The notes under the pieces were generated by a model. It was not told the origin of the DNA. It saw only the letters and a list, made by a program, of their open reading frames with translations, and did not search any database. Shown piece by piece: positions 9,309 to 11,199 of a DNA stretch of 11,199 nt. The DNA is from Octopus sinensis (taxonomy: Eukaryota). Where the stretch lies: assembly GCF_006345805.1 (NCBI RefSeq), contig NW_021827055.1:1-11199 (forward strand). Reading direction: 5' to 3'. How positions within the stretch are numbered: the stretch's first letter is position 1; each line of letters starts with the position of its first letter. The position numbers were made by a program, and so were the translations under genes.

Positions 9309-9430
9309 TTTACCATTGTATAACCCATTTATTACCAGAGACTTTGATATGGATTCGGTGCAGTAGAATGGTAAAATGCACCGAATCCATATCAAAGTCT
9401 CTGGTAATAAATGGGTTATATAATGGTAAA
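9309..9430. repeat. Near-perfect inverted repeat: 54-bp stem, 14-nt loop
   Basis: 9309-9362 pairs base by base with 9377-9430: 53 Watson-Crick pairs plus one G.T (9318/9421). The loop GTAGAATGGTAAAA is 9363-9376. Confidence 0.98.
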
Positions 9431-9487
9431 AAGATTCCAAAAAATGGCAAAATATTTATATACACGTGTGTGCGTGACTGTGTAGAT

Positions 9488-9880
9488 AGGTACAGGAGTG
9501 CCTGTGTGGTAAGAAGCTTGTTTCCCAACCATATGGTTCCGGGTTCAGTCGCTTTGGTCAAATGTTTTCTACTATAGCCTCGAACCGACCAAAGACTCGT
9601 GAGTCTGATAGACGGAAACTGTAGGAAGCTTGTTGTGCGTGTGTATGTGTGTGTTTGTGTGTGTGTGTGTGTGGGGGGTGTTCTATCTGTAGTTATCCAT
9701 CGCCACCATCTGACTACTGGTGCTGGTGTATTTACGTCCCTGCAACCTAGCAGTTTGGCAAAAGCGAACGATAAAATGAGTACCAAGTTTAAAAAATAAA
9801 AGTACTGAAATTTTTCAAACTTGATGCCCCAGCATGGCCGGCCGCACTCTAATGACTGAAACTAGTAAAAGATAAAAGAT
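9488..9880 (+). mobile_element. Full-length tRNA-derived SINE family A (tRNA head, central domain, (TG)n, tail)
   Basis: A-box-like 'tgcctgtgtggtaag' and B-box 'gggttcagtc' (9541-9550), then 'gacggaaactgtaggaagc', an internal (TG)n at 9638-9672 and the tail 'ccccagcatggccg...aatgactgaaactagtaaaagataaaagat' ending in a short AAAAGAT repeat. From memory it resembles the abundant Octopus SINE with an RTE-type tail. Confidence 0.9.
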
Positions 9881-10044
9881 GGATGTTATATATGTTTAAG
9901 TATGAGTGTATCAGGGTGACTCGATGTGTTTCTGTACAACAAAATAAGTCAATTGTTAAAAACCCGGAACGGCGGAAGACAAAACAAGCGAAGCATTTCA
10001 TTCTGCTCAACCCTGATTCATAATTAGTAGCGTATTAGAAATAT

Positions 10045-10449
10045 CCTTTTCTACTTTAGGCACAAGGCCCGAAATTTTTAGGGTCGAGGCCCAGTCGATT
10101 AGATCAACCCCAGTACGCAACTGGTACTTAATTTATCGAACCCGAAAGGATGAAAGGCAAAATCGACCTGGCGGAATTTGAACTCAACGTGAAGACAGAC
10201 GAAATACCTCTTCCTTTACTACCCACAAGGGGCTAAATAAACATAGAGAGAACAAACAAGGACAGACAAACGGATTAAGTCGATTACATCGACCCCAGTG
10301 CGTAACTGGTACTTAATTAATCGATCCCGAAAGGATGAAAGGCAAAGTCGATGTCGGCAGAATTTGAACTCAGAACGTAACGGCAGACAAAATACCACTA
10401 AGCATTTCGCCCGGCGTGCTAACGATTCTGCCATCTCGCCGCCTTAGTT
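10045..10449 (-). mobile_element. Dimeric tRNA-derived SINE family B with 12-bp target-site duplication
   Basis: A-box TGGCAGAATCG (10423-10433, minus) and B-box GAGTTCAAATT (10361-10371). The second monomer has only a B-box (10175-10185). Bodies 10094-10208 and 10279-10396 are direct repeats. TATTAGAAATAT flanks the element at 10033-10044 and 10450-10461. Confidence 0.92.
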
Positions 10450-10730
10450 TATTAGAAATATAGCCAAAGCTATTAATTAATGCAGATGCAAAATAAATTG
10501 CACATTTGCAGTGTCGCTAGACTTGGTGAAATTGTGAAGGAATGTGCAATGTTGATGCAGGTTTAGAGTGCTTGGTGGAATATGATTAATAGGTGGCTGA
10601 ATGCACCTCCAGCAGGAAACCAGAAATTTAACAGGCATTTAATAACGTCAACGTAATTGGCTCATGCAGTTGTTAACCGTGGACGACAGCATTTAAGGGT
10701 GAGAGAGTGGAACTATAGAATGGCATATTG

Positions 10731-10753
10731 ATATCTATCTATATGCCTGTCAG

Positions 10754-10808
<55 letters not shown>

Positions 10809-10833
10809 CTCTCTCTCTCTCTCTCTCTGTATG

Positions 10834-10904
<71 letters not shown>

Positions 10905-10921
10905 CTCTCTCTCTCTGTATG

Positions 10922-11004
<83 letters not shown>

Positions 11005-11013
11005 CTCTGTATG

Positions 11014-11084
<71 letters not shown>

Positions 11085-11093
11085 CTCTGTATG

Positions 11094-11127
<34 letters not shown>

Positions 11128-11199
11128 ATTAGTATATGTTTATCTATCTACGTAACTGTCTATCTTTCTATTCCTAAATCAATCAATCAATCCATCCAT
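10731..11199 (+). repeat. (TATC)n array with 80-92 bp higher-order units, ending in (TCAA)n/(TCCA)n
   Basis: Marker GTATGTC at 10829, 10917, 11009 and 11089, each preceded by a (CT)m tract. Confidence 0.95.

Noticed and set aside
9488-9560. Functional tRNA genes at SINE heads (also 2819-2880, 3380-3449, 10355-10443)
   Set aside because: A/B boxes are present, but there is no complete cloverleaf and each head continues into a SINE body.
9910-10017. Mariner-like MITE with ATCAGGGT/ACCCTGAT ends
   Set aside because: Only 8 bp of inverted match, with no extension and no TA TSD on the right.
10094-10396. CRISPR-like or tandem gene array
   Set aside because: These are two monomers of a eukaryotic SINE; there is no repeat-spacer series and no cas gene.
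10497-10550. 10-bp inverted repeat ATTGCACATT/AATGTGCAAT
   Set aside because: Short AT-rich stem with a 34-nt unpaired loop; compatible with chance.
17-11155. All ORFs in the supplied track as protein-coding genes
   Set aside because: Most are translations of microsatellites (YIYI, LSIY, HTHT, poly-I/S/M) or of SINE sequence; the rest are short chance ORFs, many with non-ATG starts. None shows a recognisable domain.

Overview
Non-coding, AT-rich eukaryotic genomic DNA (intron or intergenic). It most likely comes from an octopus (coleoid cephalopod), judging by the tRNA-derived SINE families, which I recognise from memory, and the extreme microsatellite density. No protein-coding gene is supported: the ORF track consists of microsatellite translations and short chance ORFs. 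The window holds copies or fragments of three tRNA-derived SINE families and many simple and compound microsatellites, two of them with higher-order periodicity. Three structures stand out. (1) A near-perfect 54-bp hairpin at 9309-9430 whose internal 10-bp direct repeat suggests a single template-switch origin (candidate newborn miRNA/hpRNA locus). (2) A ~460-bp imperfect fold-back palindrome at 5664-6127. (3) A head-to-tail dimeric SINE with two different tails at 10045-10449, flanked by a 12-bp target-site duplication.
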